Shown piece after piece: positions 1-9,579 of a stretch of DNA of 64,000 bases (position 1 is its first letter; every line of letters begins with the position of its first letter). The stretch is taken from the sequence record PP400782. One strand, 5' to 3'. The notes beneath the pieces are model-generated. The model saw nothing but the letters and a program-made list of their open reading frames with translations, had not been told where the DNA came from and did no database searches. The translations under genes and the position numbers were made by a program. The DNA is from Escherichia phage FL31.

Positions 1-236
1 CGAGTGGCTAATGTGAACTCAATAAAATCCAACATGTCATCTAATTCAAGAAGACCATACGCTTGAGACCTTTCACCTGGTCCTGGCCATTTCTTAATAT
101 AATACTGGATACCACGTGCATATGTTAAACGATACACACGTTCAAGTAATTTGTTGTCCTTATTTTTCTTAAGGATTTCCTGTTTTGTTTTAGTAGAACC
201 GATCGCAGCTATTTGGTTTAAAATATCTAAAATCAT
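1..236 (-). CDS. 30: ATP-dependent DNA ligase, N-terminal fragment (gene runs off window start)
   Basis: Minus-strand ATG at 234-236 overlapping upstream stop (ATGA); hand translation MILDILNQIAAIGSTKTKQEILKKNKDNKLLERVYRLTYARGIQYYIKKW matches T4 gp30 N-terminus. Confidence 0.8.
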   Translation of the reverse strand, partial: MILDILNQIAAIGSTKTKQEILKKNKDNKLLERVYRLTYARGIQYYIKKWPGPGERSQAYGLLELDDMLDFIEFTLAT

Positions 237-502
237 TTGATGTCCTCGATTTTGGTTACGGTTCTATTATAAGCCACTTCATCTAGAAGCGATTTCAGCG
301 TTTTCTGATAAGTGGTAATCCATTTACCGAGACCTTCAACATAGTATTCTGAAATGTAGATGAACCCTTGTTCAACACACTCTTTAAATATTTCTGCGTC
401 TTTTACTAAACGAAACAACGGCCAGTCTCGAAAGAACATGTTAACGTGACCGTAGTCACGCGTTGTGTTTTTGCCATCTGTAATATCATGAACTACAAAC
501 AT
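233..502 (-). CDS. hypothetical protein (89 aa)
   Basis: ORF track; stop overlaps ligase start; no recognisable motif. Confidence 0.5.
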   Translation of the reverse strand: MFVVHDITDGKNTTRDYGHVNMFFRDWPLFRLVKDAEIFKECVEQGFIYISEYYVEGLGKWITTYQKTLKSLLDEVAYNRTVTKIEDIK

Positions 503-511
503 AATTAACCC

Positions 512-1327
512 TTAACAATTTATAGACCAAGTCCATTTGGACGAATCTAAAGGAAAGTTTTGAATCGTCCACCATGGCTGCATATCGGTTGGTCCTGGAG
601 TTCGCCAGGTATACGGATTCGACGGAGCGCCGATTTGATTAGGCCATGCGCCTGGACTTGTTGCACCAGATTCTTTAAGCAAATCCGCCAATCGTTTTAA
701 AAGGTCTTCACGATCTGAATCTGAATTATGCTCAGGTGGAACCAAACGAGATTCAATATCATCCCACGTGTGTACACGTTGTGCAGTACGAGGAATGGCA
801 TCACGTTCACCACGAGCCAACCAATAAATCGGTACATTAAGAATTTCTGCCGCATGGTCACAGTGATGAGCTAAATCGTCAACGTAACAAATCACGTTAT
901 ATTTTGTTTTAGCTAGTTCAAATAATTGTTCCTTTGACGAATCATGACCACACATCATTACTTCAGAAAAAGCGCCTGGGAACAAAGCATTCAAATTAAA
1001 TTGTCTATTCAATCGAGCATCAATTGAATCACCTAGCGCCGTCACGGCTACAAAATTATAGTCTTCTTTTAGTTTATTGATAACTCGAAGAGCATCAGAA
1101 TAAGGCGCTAAGTAACGAATAAAATCAGAGCTATTATATTTTTCTATTAATTGTTTACCAAGGTTATCGTCGGTATTGAACAGTTTACCAGGAGAAATAA
1201 ATTTTTCGTCCTGAATCATTTTTAAAATATGTTCTAATGGAAGGTTATATTTTTGGGCAAAATAAGGAAGTCCAGATTGCCAGCTTAAACATACACCATC
1301 AATATCAGTCAAAATAGTAGGCTTCAT
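512..1327 (-). CDS. HAD-superfamily hydrolase/phosphatase-like protein (271 aa)
   Basis: N-terminal DIDGV (HAD motif I); Trp/Pro-rich C-terminal tail; motif-level call only. Confidence 0.5.
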   Translation of the reverse strand: MKPTILTDIDGVCLSWQSGLPYFAQKYNLPLEHILKMIQDEKFISPGKLFNTDDNLGKQLIEKYNSSDFIRYLAPYSDALRVINKLKEDYNFVAVTALGDSIDARLNRQFNLNALFPGAFSEVMMCGHDSSKEQLFELAKTKYNVICYVDDLAHHCDHAAEILNVPIYWLARGERDAIPRTAQRVHTWDDIESRLVPPEHNSDSDREDLLKRLADLLKESGATSPGAWPNQIGAPSNPYTWRTPGPTDMQPWWTIQNFPLDSSKWTWSINC

Positions 1328-1791
1328 AAAGAGTCTCTTAATAGGTTTAACACGTCAATAAATTCATCTTCAGTTAGTATTGTATCATCTTTTGTTAGGT
1401 GGCTGGCCATGCTGTGCTTCAAAATTTTTCCTTTAGAGGCTTGTAAGGCATCACGAAACCCCTTGTTTTGGATCGCGGCTTCAAAATATGCATTTGTGTA
1501 TAATTCTTTCCACGCTTCAGAGTATCTTGAAAATGGAACTCCTAACCAGAAGAGAGTCCCACGGTCCTGAGCTCTTGCGTAAGACCTTCCAGCTTGCTGT
1601 GCAGCCAATCCAGACAACCCAAATATACGTCTTTGTTGTTCAACATTTTTCACCTTACATCCTTGGAGAAATCCTTCAAGACCTCCGAATTGAATACCAT
1701 CCATAACAAAAGGCCATTGAGCAAAGTTACTTAATGCACATGATGGCCATTTGAAATTACTTCTTATTTCTAATTCAGACATCTTTAACAC
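1324..1791 (-). CDS. NADAR (YbiA/DUF1768)-like protein (155 aa)
   Basis: LSNFAQWPFVMDGIQFGGLEGFLQGCK resembles YbiA core FSNFAAWPIKVDGKTWPTSEHYFQAQKF; 4-nt overlap with downstream gene. Confidence 0.45.
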   Translation of the reverse strand: MLKMSELEIRSNFKWPSCALSNFAQWPFVMDGIQFGGLEGFLQGCKVKNVEQQRRIFGLSGLAAQQAGRSYARAQDRGTLFWLGVPFSRYSEAWKELYTNAYFEAAIQNKGFRDALQASKGKILKHSMASHLTKDDTILTEDEFIDVLNLLRDSL

Positions 1792-1993
1792 TTATAATTT
1801 CAACATCAGCCCAATGACCGTATCCAGGTATACGGTCTTCGATAGATAAATTTCTGTCATTTTTAGGCATTTTAATTGACGTAACGTATGGTTCTAAACG
1901 GTTTTCCGCGTAATATGGAAAAACGTCGGTTACACGATAAGTAACTTCAATCATTTCCGTACCAAACAATTTCTGCATCAGTTTCTTAAACAT
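1775..1993 (-). CDS. hypothetical protein (72 aa)
   Basis: ORF track, tightly packed in minus-strand operon. Confidence 0.45.
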   Translation of the reverse strand: MFKKLMQKLFGTEMIEVTYRVTDVFPYYAENRLEPYVTSIKMPKNDRNLSIEDRIPGYGHWADVEIISVKDV

Positions 1994-1994
1994 A

Positions 1995-2189
1995 TTATCC
2001 TCGCTTTAAACATTTGATTACAGACAGTTCTTGGCTCATGCGGACGTCTTCAGTTCCATCAACCCACAGGACTGCATAGGCTTCTTTAATTAAATTACCG
2101 TTAATTTTAAAAGCAGGTAAAACCTTTGAAATCATTCCGGGGATACCTATACCTTTTAACTGGACAGTTTGTGATAAGAATAGTTGCAT
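1995..2189 (-). CDS. hypothetical protein (64 aa)
   Basis: ORF track, abuts neighbours. Confidence 0.4.
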   Translation of the reverse strand: MQLFLSQTVQLKGIGIPGMISKVLPAFKINGNLIKEAYAVLWVDGTEDVRMSQELSVIKCLKRG

Positions 2190-2509
2190 TAGAACCTCAT
2201 CTGAAATCCGTGTGATTTAACATTACCGCCATAGATGTCAGAGGTATTGACTTCACGAGCGTCGCTAGGGTCGATGTTAATATCATGGTTGAGCTTAGTG
2301 ATTGCTAGGGTGTCACGACCATTGACTGTACGGAATTCTACTGGACAAACCACATCAGCATAAGCCTTAATGGATTCACGGGTGGGCTGTTTGTCGGCAG
2401 GAACATCTTTACCTGCTTTAGAGAAAACAACTTCACAGAAATTTTTACGAGTATCGAAATAAGTGGTCATAAACATAATATTTTCCTCAATGGAGGCCGA
2501 AGCCTCCAT
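2189..2509 (-). CDS. hypothetical protein (106 aa)
   Basis: ORF track; start may be an internal Met. Confidence 0.45.
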   Translation of the reverse strand: MEASASIEENIMFMTTYFDTRKNFCEVVFSKAGKDVPADKQPTRESIKAYADVVCPVEFRTVNGRDTLAITKLNHDINIDPSDAREVNTSDIYGGNVKSHGFQMRF

Positions 2510-2517
2510 TTTTAAGA

Positions 2518-2883
2518 TTAGATATCGAATTCATTCAGAACTACATCAAAGATTGCTTCCAGGTGTTCAGGTTTAGCTCGGTTGCTCAGGATGTGACGAA
2601 TCCAAGTTTTAACCAGAAGCTTACGATTAACACCGTTCCAGCAAGGATGAGTACCTAAATCACGTTGACGGAAATCGTCATCTAATGCAATTTTGAAGTT
2701 GGAACCTTCCATCGTGATTGAAACCGTGATGCCATTTTCAAATCGCATATAAACGTAGTTAGGAGTCATGCACTGTTCGATTTCACAAACTGTACCATTT
2801 TCGTGTTTCCATAAGCAAATAACTTCAGAAGAACCAGCGATACCGTTAGAAACATATTTACGTTCGAAGTTGATGTAGTTCAT
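2518..2883 (-). CDS. hypothetical protein (121 aa)
   Basis: ORF track; early-type promoter immediately upstream at 2913-2953. Confidence 0.5.
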   Translation of the reverse strand: MNYINFERKYVSNGIAGSSEVICLWKHENGTVCEIEQCMTPNYVYMRFENGITVSITMEGSNFKIALDDDFRQRDLGTHPCWNGVNRKLLVKTWIRHILSNRAKPEHLEAIFDVVLNEFDI

Positions 2884-2912
2884 TTTATTCTCCAGATGTT
2901 TAAGTTATTTGT

Positions 2913-2953
2913 TGGTACAGGACTATAATAACATAACCTGTACCAAAGTAAAC
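2913..2953 (-). promoter_or_regulatory. early-type promoter (GTTTAC -35, 17-nt spacer, TATTAT -10)
   Basis: Minus-strand read; 8-bp inverted repeat GGTACAGG/CCTGTACC flanks the -10. Confidence 0.5.
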
Positions 2954-2957
2954 ATTT

Positions 2958-3329
2958 TTATTTGATTTTTGTCCACTTAGCTGAATCAATAACACCTTTT
3001 GCTTTAATCTTCTCAATTAATGACTCTGCGCGATTTCTGGCATTTTCGTACCATACAACATCTTCAGAGTAACCAGTTTCTTCATCTTCGTAAGTTTTAG
3101 AACGAATACAGCCATAAACTGTAGAATTCAGACGGTAAATTTCACCAGTGAAAAAGTTTTCGATTTCGATATGATAACAAAAATCGTCTGAAGGGCCGTC
3201 AGGAGTTGTACAATAAACCACATCACCTTGAACTGAACGAACCATCCACTGTAACTCGTTAACAACTTGAGATTTATATCCATCATGGTCACGGCATTTA
3301 ATTGTAGCATTTAAATTGATAGTGTTCAT
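2958..3329 (-). CDS. hypothetical protein (123 aa)
   Basis: ORF track; early-type promoter upstream at 3362-3400. Confidence 0.5.
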   Translation of the reverse strand: MNTINLNATIKCRDHDGYKSQVVNELQWMVRSVQGDVVYCTTPDGPSDDFCYHIEIENFFTGEIYRLNSTVYGCIRSKTYEDEETGYSEDVVWYENARNRAESLIEKIKAKGVIDSAKWTKIK

Positions 3330-3361
3330 TTTATTCTCCGGTTGTTTTATTGATTAGGTGG

Positions 3362-3400
3362 TACAAGTCTATAGTAACACATCCTACAGGAGAGTAAACA
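3362..3400 (-). promoter_or_regulatory. early-type promoter (GTTTAC ... TACTAT)
   Basis: Minus-strand read, upstream of ORF 2958-3329. Confidence 0.45.
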
Positions 3401-3435
3401 TCTTTTTAAACTTTTTCTGCCCTAAACGCACAAAA

Positions 3436-3453
3436 GGGAGACCGAAGTCTCCC
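3436..3453 (-). terminator. intrinsic terminator hairpin with UUCG tetraloop
   Basis: GGGAGAC-UUCG-GUCUCCC on minus strand followed by UUUUG. Confidence 0.6.
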
Positions 3454-3458
3454 TAAAA

Positions 3459-3638
3459 TTATGCAACAACCTTTCCAAAACGAGAAGCATCATCTCGAAG
3501 AACTGCACGTGCTCTGCGCATGATCTTCTCAACTGTTTGATTAATACGAGAGTTCGACCCACGCTTGTATCCAGCGCGTTTAGAGGTACCATCAACTTTC
3601 TTTTCAACTGCTTTCTTTGCTTTAGCTTGTTTTGCCAT
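3459..3638 (-). CDS. small basic protein (59 aa), below ORF-track size cutoff
   Basis: Hand translation MAKQAKAKKAVEKKVDGTSKRAGYKRGSNSRINQTVEKIMRRARAVLRDDASRFGKVVA; followed by hairpin terminator 3436-3453. Confidence 0.4.
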   Translation of the reverse strand: MAKQAKAKKAVEKKVDGTSKRAGYKRGSNSRINQTVEKIMRRARAVLRDDASRFGKVVA

Positions 3639-3902
3639 TATAAATTCTCTTTAAATGAAAATGCAGGACTTATTGACATTGCCTGCGCAAGCCCTCAAGG
3701 GGAACATAGGTTTTGGATATTTAACGACAGGATAACCATAAACCTCGTCATCATACCAACCACGTCTTAGACAGATAACCTTTTTCTGACGCGTGATAGT
3801 ACAAAATACATTCAAGAGGTACACCGTAAAACTGCCGGGGACTTAAAACTATAATGATTCGCAAATCATTAATCAGACAGTTCGACGGCTCCTCGATTTA
3901 AC

Positions 3903-4151
3903 TTACTTTAGGGTAATAACAAAATGACGAACTGCTTTACGTGCGGCAGAAGCCAAAGGCTTAGCATATTTCAGTTCATCTTTTGCTTCCAGTTCAGAGG
4001 CCAAAGCTGCCTGGACCGGGTTCAGATGTTTGAAATATCGCAGGATTTCAAGAGCTTCGGCTTCAACATCGATAGATGCGCCATAGTTTTCGTGACCATT
4101 ATTCCATGCGTTACGTTGCAGTTCAAGAGCGTGTTGTAATTGTTTAATCAT
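3903..4151 (-). CDS. rIII: lysis inhibition accessory protein rIII
   Basis: 82 aa, MIKQLQHALELQRNAWNNGHENYGASIDVEAEALEILRYFKHLNP near-identical to T4 rIII. Confidence 0.9.
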   Translation of the reverse strand: MIKQLQHALELQRNAWNNGHENYGASIDVEAEALEILRYFKHLNPVQAALASELEAKDELKYAKPLASAARKAVRHFVITLK

Positions 4152-4267
4152 TTTAAATTCTCAATTCGAGATAATATTTAGTAACCACGTTTGTCTGAAT
4201 TTCACCTTCTTTCGACAAGTCTCTCAGTTGTAGGCTACCGCTTAGAAGAGTGTTCTCTTCATATAGT

Positions 4268-4275
4268 TATTTATA
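4268..4275 (-). promoter_or_regulatory. possible late promoter TATAAATA upstream of rIII
   Basis: Minus-strand TATAAATA about 115 nt upstream of rIII start. Confidence 0.4.
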
Positions 4276-4608
4276 TCACTTATAAAGACACGGAATAGCT
4301 TTATAGTGGCATGTTACGAATTTCTGTTTAATTTCTTTAGGTTGTTTAAGTCCCAAAGCCACAAATGGATGTGGAACATTTCGAATTTGTCCAACCGGTA
4401 GTGGAGTCAAATCACCGACTTCAACAAAACCTTCAGGAACATCAGGACCTACAGAATGAACTACACATAGTTCAGGAACTTCACCTTGAACACGTTTACC
4501 AATCACAAGTCCTGATTCGGTAACTTCTTCATCACCTGCTTGAGCGGGTTCAGAAACCAGAATAACATATTCACCAACAGCACGAATTGGGAGTTGTACT
4601 TCAGACAT
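4276..4608 (-). CDS. 31: co-chaperonin (GroES-like) gp31
   Basis: 110 aa, [34 protein letters not shown]...[14 protein letters not shown] matches T4 gp31. Confidence 0.92.
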   Translation of the reverse strand: MSEVQLPIRAVGEYVILVSEPAQAGDEEVTESGLVIGKRVQGEVPELCVVHSVGPDVPEGFVEVGDLTPLPVGQIRNVPHPFVALGLKQPKEIKQKFVTCHYKAIPCLYK

Positions 4609-4665
4609 CTTATTTCCTTGTTGTTTGACGATAGATTAATAATACCATACTATTCGTAAAGCATA

Positions 4666-4974
4666 TTACATAAGAAGCAAACGTTCTACCGGAGTACCAT
4701 CAACCGAAATTACTTTATCAAGACGGAAAGAACGCCACTGACCTAACTTGGTATCGAATGCTCGAACTGATTCACGAGGTTCATAACGAACTTCTGTTGC
4801 CGGATTGTTATTTTCATATTTGACTTCAAGTTCATCGCGGGAAGCAAACATAGTACGAACATCACCGTTAGCCTTTTCAAATACAACACAATGAACGCCT
4901 ACAGACAGAATAGTTTTAATACGTTCACGAAGAACCATAGTTTCTTGTTCAGTTAAAATCATATTATTCACCAC
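4666..4974 (-). CDS. hypothetical protein (102 aa)
   Basis: ORF track; between cd and 31. Confidence 0.5.
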   Translation of the reverse strand: MVNNMILTEQETMVLRERIKTILSVGVHCVVFEKANGDVRTMFASRDELEVKYENNNPATEVRYEPRESVRAFDTKLGQWRSFRLDKVISVDGTPVERLLLM

Positions 4975-5545
4975 AAAAGTTTCGGATTTGTTCCCAATTC
5001 AGAGAACGAAGATTATTACGAGAGTACTGAATTACTTCAATACCAGCTTGTTTAAGAATGTCTGCCCAATTTTCAGGAGACCGGTCATATAATTCTGCAT
5101 ATACAACCTTTTTAATGCCTGACTGTGTGATAGCTTTAGTGCAATCAGGACATGGAGAAAGTGTCGTATACAACGTAGCACCTTCAATAGAATTACCTTT
5201 GCGAGCTGCAAATAAAATTGCATTCAGTTCCGCATGGATTTCGTTATTAGCAGACCATGCACTATGAGCGGCCCGATGTTCTTTAGCCAAAACAAAATTA
5301 TCTGCCCGTCCAAATGCTGTAGTGCCTTCTTTATGACCAACAACGATGACCGGGCTTGGTTTATTCTTCAACCAGCCGTTTTCGGATGCATGTTCGCAAC
5401 AGTTAACGCCACCTGAAGGAGAGCCATTATAACCTGTAGAAATAATGCGTCCATCTTTTTCAATGACTGCGCCAACTTTCCATGAACAACATTTTGATTC
5501 TTGAGAAATCAGATATGCAATCTGAAGGTATGTGCTAGCTTTCAT
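4964..5545 (-). CDS. cd: dCMP deaminase
   Basis: 193 aa; zinc-binding HAELNAI and SPCPDCTKAI motifs; same length and position as T4 cd. Confidence 0.9.
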   Translation of the reverse strand: MKASTYLQIAYLISQESKCCSWKVGAVIEKDGRIISTGYNGSPSGGVNCCEHASENGWLKNKPSPVIVVGHKEGTTAFGRADNFVLAKEHRAAHSAWSANNEIHAELNAILFAARKGNSIEGATLYTTLSPCPDCTKAITQSGIKKVVYAELYDRSPENWADILKQAGIEVIQYSRNNLRSLNWEQIRNFCGE

Positions 5546-6537
5546 TATTGAACCTTATTAATATAAGTTAACAGCTCTTTAGTTTGTTCCCAACTGATGC
5601 ACGCATCGGTAACGGAAACGCCATAGGACATATTATCAGAAATTTTTTGATTTCCTTCATGTAGGAATGATTCTATCATAATTCCTTTGACCAAATCATT
5701 AGCTGCTAAATTTTTACCAATACCAATTTGATTGCTATAATGCCCAGCAGCGTTTGCATGGCTACAGTCAACCATTACATAATGATTCAGACCTACTGCC
5801 CTTGCTTTGTTAGAAGCTTCTTGAATATCAGAAGAATGATAGTTCGGACCGTTGGTCCCACCACGCAATACGATATGCGTATTCTGATTACCTTCAGCTT
5901 CAACAATGCCTACAGTACCATCGACGTCCATACCCATATACCGATGAGGCCAGGCGGCACTATACATCGCGTCTGTAGCTACTTTAATAGAACCATTGGT
6001 TGCGTTCTTGAAGCCTACGCACATCGGTAGACCTGAAGCAATTTCACGATGTGTCTGGCTTTCAGTAGTACGGGCGCCAATAGCAACCCATGAGAAAATA
6101 CCAGAAAGATACTTAATCGTGAATGGGTCTAATACTTCAGTTGCTAATGGAAGTCCCATACGTAGAAGTTTACGACACAATGTTCGTGCAACTATAAGAC
6201 CGTGGTTCATATCAAAACTTCCGTCAAGATATGGATCATTTACAAGACCTTTCCAACCTACGGTAGTTCGAGGCTTTTCAAAATAAACGCGCATCACTAA
6301 CAGAACATTAGGAAGACGAGTTTGAAGTTCAGCCAGACGTTTGCCGTATTCAACAGCAGCAATAGGGTCATGAATTGAACAAGGACCTACAACAATAAGT
6401 TTGCGTGGGTCTTCACCGTTCATAATCGAATTAACTTGTTCGCGATGAGAAGCCACTTGTGATGCGTAAGCTTCCGACAAAGGAATAATCTCAGCCAGTT
6501 CTTTTGGAGAAATAAGTTTTCCGACGACAGGTAACAT
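5545..6537 (-). CDS. 3-deoxy-D-arabino-heptulosonate-7-phosphate (DAHP) synthase-like protein, class I AroG/AroF/AroH type
   Basis: 330 aa; VVGPCSIHDP, MRVYFEKPRTTVGWKG, GARTTESQ, VGFKNAT, ILRGG, ESFLHEGNQ, SVTDAC align with E. coli AroG; stop overlaps cd start by 1 nt. Confidence 0.75.
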   Translation of the reverse strand: MLPVVGKLISPKELAEIIPLSEAYASQVASHREQVNSIMNGEDPRKLIVVGPCSIHDPIAAVEYGKRLAELQTRLPNVLLVMRVYFEKPRTTVGWKGLVNDPYLDGSFDMNHGLIVARTLCRKLLRMGLPLATEVLDPFTIKYLSGIFSWVAIGARTTESQTHREIASGLPMCVGFKNATNGSIKVATDAMYSAAWPHRYMGMDVDGTVGIVEAEGNQNTHIVLRGGTNGPNYHSSDIQEASNKARAVGLNHYVMVDCSHANAAGHYSNQIGIGKNLAANDLVKGIMIESFLHEGNQKISDNMSYGVSVTDACISWEQTKELLTYINKVQ

Positions 6538-6657
6538 AACAATCCTTAGGAGATATAAACAGATTCTGATTCAACAATACCTTTAACCGGATTAGACAGG
6601 CTAAGTTGGTAGTGCTCAGATTTATGACCATTCTCGATAGTAATGAGATAGCTCTCA

Positions 6658-6894
6658 TTATAGTGTTCCATATACTCGAGTTGCTTCAACAAGACCATCA
6701 CTGCCTAATTTAAGATTAGTAATTTGGTCACCATCTTTAGGATTAACGATTATGAGAAAAGAACGTGGAGATTCTTGAATAACTCGTAATGTTGCATCTT
6801 GGAAACGTTCAGACACTTTATTGATGAGTGCTTGAGCAAATTCTTTTACTTTAATCTGAAATTCGTGTACTGTAATTGGGTTTTCACTTAGCAT
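6658..6894 (-). CDS. hypothetical protein (78 aa)
   Basis: ORF track. Confidence 0.45.
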   Translation of the reverse strand: MLSENPITVHEFQIKVKEFAQALINKVSERFQDATLRVIQESPRSFLIIVNPKDGDQITNLKLGSDGLVEATRVYGTL

Positions 6895-6910
6895 TTCTAT
6901 TTCCTCATTT

Positions 6911-6950
6911 TGGTAGAGTCATCATATCACAACTCTACGGTGTTGTAAAC
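6911..6950 (-). promoter_or_regulatory. early-type promoter (GTTTAC ... TATGAT)
   Basis: Minus-strand read; 7-bp inverted repeat GTAGAGT/ACTCTAC flanks -10. Confidence 0.45.
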
Positions 6951-7226
6951 TTAAATTGCAAAACATTTAATTTCTTGTGAATCGAAATCAACTTCGCACT
7001 GAATTACTAGTTCAGCATCAAGTCCAAACACAACAATCACATGAGCCGAGCTGGGCAACAGTGTAACGGACACAGAATCCACTTGGTCAGGCACCAGCGT
7101 ATTCAAAACGTAGAGTAGTTCAGAGTGGATCTTAAGCTCTGTAGCCGTGTCCAGCTTATCAAAGAAATGATTTGCGATAATCTGACTAAAAACGACCTTT
7201 ACAATTTCAGAATATTTAGGGAACAT
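6951..7226 (-). CDS. hypothetical protein (91 aa)
   Basis: ORF track. Confidence 0.45.
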   Translation of the reverse strand: MFPKYSEIVKVVFSQIIANHFFDKLDTATELKIHSELLYVLNTLVPDQVDSVSVTLLPSSAHVIVVFGLDAELVIQCEVDFDSQEIKCFAI

Positions 7227-7233
7227 AATTACC

Positions 7234-7458
7234 TCAGTGTACAGTATTTACTTTAACTCGAACAACAAATTGCTCGGTCGGTTCGCCTACAGGAACAAAC
7301 TCTACATGATATTCACCTTTGTAACGAGTATTCAGATCATTACGAATTCCTGCGAGTTTGTTGATTAATGTAGGACTCATATTAAGTCCCACTAGTTTAC
7401 GAAGCATTTTGTATGCTTCATCTTCGATTTCATGATGTTTATCGTACATAGTTTTCAT
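7234..7458 (-). CDS. hypothetical protein (74 aa)
   Basis: ORF track. Confidence 0.45.
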   Translation of the reverse strand: MKTMYDKHHEIEDEAYKMLRKLVGLNMSPTLINKLAGIRNDLNTRYKGEYHVEFVPVGEPTEQFVVRVKVNTVH

Positions 7459-7629
7459 TTAACCATTCAATTGCCTGGTCGACGTTATCAAATATACCGC
7501 CGTCCAAACGTTCTTCATGCTCATAGTCCAGCACATCAATATCGAACTGTCCATTTACTAAAGGCCAGGCTACAAACAAATATTCTTTATGATGTTCGAT
7601 GGCCTCAATCACTTCATATAATCGTTTCA

Positions 7630-7630
<1 letters not shown>
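7439..7630 (-). CDS. hypothetical protein (63 aa)
   Basis: ORF track; abuts pseT start. Confidence 0.4.
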
Positions 7631-8716
<1,086 letters not shown>

Positions 8717-8717
<1 letters not shown>

Positions 8718-9016
8718 TATTTTATTCCTAAGAAAGTTTCAAGAATACGAATGTTATGCTCGCGCCGGTCTTTATTAATTTCAGCAACGTTTTTATTAAT
8801 TGACGTACTTCTAACGTTTGAAGAAATAAATTTAATCATATGACTTTTGAGTTGTTGCAAATCCAACCCTTTTTCTTTAGCAGCTTTACGAAGAGCTTTA
8901 CCTGCTTCATCTAGTGCCTTTGCTGCATCTTTGTCATAATTGACAAGTGACATTCCACGGCAGATATCAATATACTCATCAGACCGTTTGATGTAATTCT
9001 CTAGTAATGTTTTCAT
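8717..9016 (-). CDS. hypothetical protein (99 aa)
   Basis: ORF track; SD GAGGAAA upstream; early-type promoter 9037-9074. Confidence 0.5.
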
Positions 9017-9036
9017 CTAGATTTCCTCAATTATCC

Positions 9037-9074
9037 ATAGGAGCATTATACTCTGCTCCCGAGAGTTTGTAAAC
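9037..9074 (-). promoter_or_regulatory. early-type promoter (GTTTAC ... TATAAT)
   Basis: Minus-strand read; inverted repeat GGAGCA/TGCTCC flanks -10; near-duplicate of promoter at 38200-38237. Confidence 0.5.
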
Positions 9075-9298
9075 TATTTTACTAAAGATTCAATATACTC
9101 ATGAAGAGCTTTAGTAGCTACTGCCCACTTATTCTGATATTCATTTTTCAGATTAGCACGAGACTGAACTAACAAGCTGTCATTAGTCGGAGGCAAAGAT
9201 TCTAATCGTTGAATCTGGCGCCCATAAATCATAGCCGCCATTTCAGATTCATAGATAAGCCCTTTAATGTGTTCAAGCTGTTCTTTAGTCATTGGCAT
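9074..9298 (-). CDS. hypothetical protein (74 aa)
   Basis: ORF track. Confidence 0.45.
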   Translation of the reverse strand: MPMTKEQLEHIKGLIYESEMAAMIYGRQIQRLESLPPTNDSLLVQSRANLKNEYQNKWAVATKALHEYIESLVK

Positions 9299-9579
9299 TT
9301 TTCCTCTTTTAAACCACTACGATAATAACATAACATAGTCTTCTGGTCATGTACATATCTTTTTACGTCGTTTAACCAGATACGAAATTCTTGAGAGTCT
9401 TCAAATGGCATTCCAACCCACGGATTACCATCAATAACCTTTACTTGCCATTTCTGGTTGTATTCGGAAATAGGCGTAGGCCATGAAGGATGTAAAGTTT
9501 CTTTAGGGCTTACTGGCACATCCTGGGTACATCCAACTAGGAGACCAATAGATAATACAACTGCGGTTAATTTAATCAT
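9289..9579 (-). CDS. outer-membrane spanin (o-spanin lipoprotein), PseT.2-like
   Basis: 96 aa; signal peptide with lipobox LLVGC; immediately downstream of i-spanin, as in T4 pseT.3/pseT.2. Confidence 0.6.
   Translation of the reverse strand: MIKLTAVVLSIGLLVGCTQDVPVSPKETLHPSWPTPISEYNQKWQVKVIDGNPWVGMPFEDSQEFRIWLNDVKRYVHDQKTMLCYYRSGLKEEKCQ

Noticed and set aside
1488-1706. Plus-strand ORFs inside minus-strand gene blocks (also 3537-3770, 5058-5267, 5728-6286, 8308-8778, 11021-11545, 19474-19953, 52883-53362 and others)
   Set aside because: Each lies wholly within a well-supported gene on the opposite strand and lacks an SD or promoter; treated as shadow ORFs.
3641-3902. tRNA or integrase/attachment-type mobile-element signals
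   Set aside because: No cloverleaf-compatible sequence recognised by eye and no integrase or transposase in the window; the only mobile element supported is the nrdB intron.
6641-6660. Hairpin TAATGAGA-tagc-TCTCATTA at the stop of ORF 6658-6894
   Set aside because: A/U-rich stem, no U tract and overlap with the stop codon; weak as a terminator.
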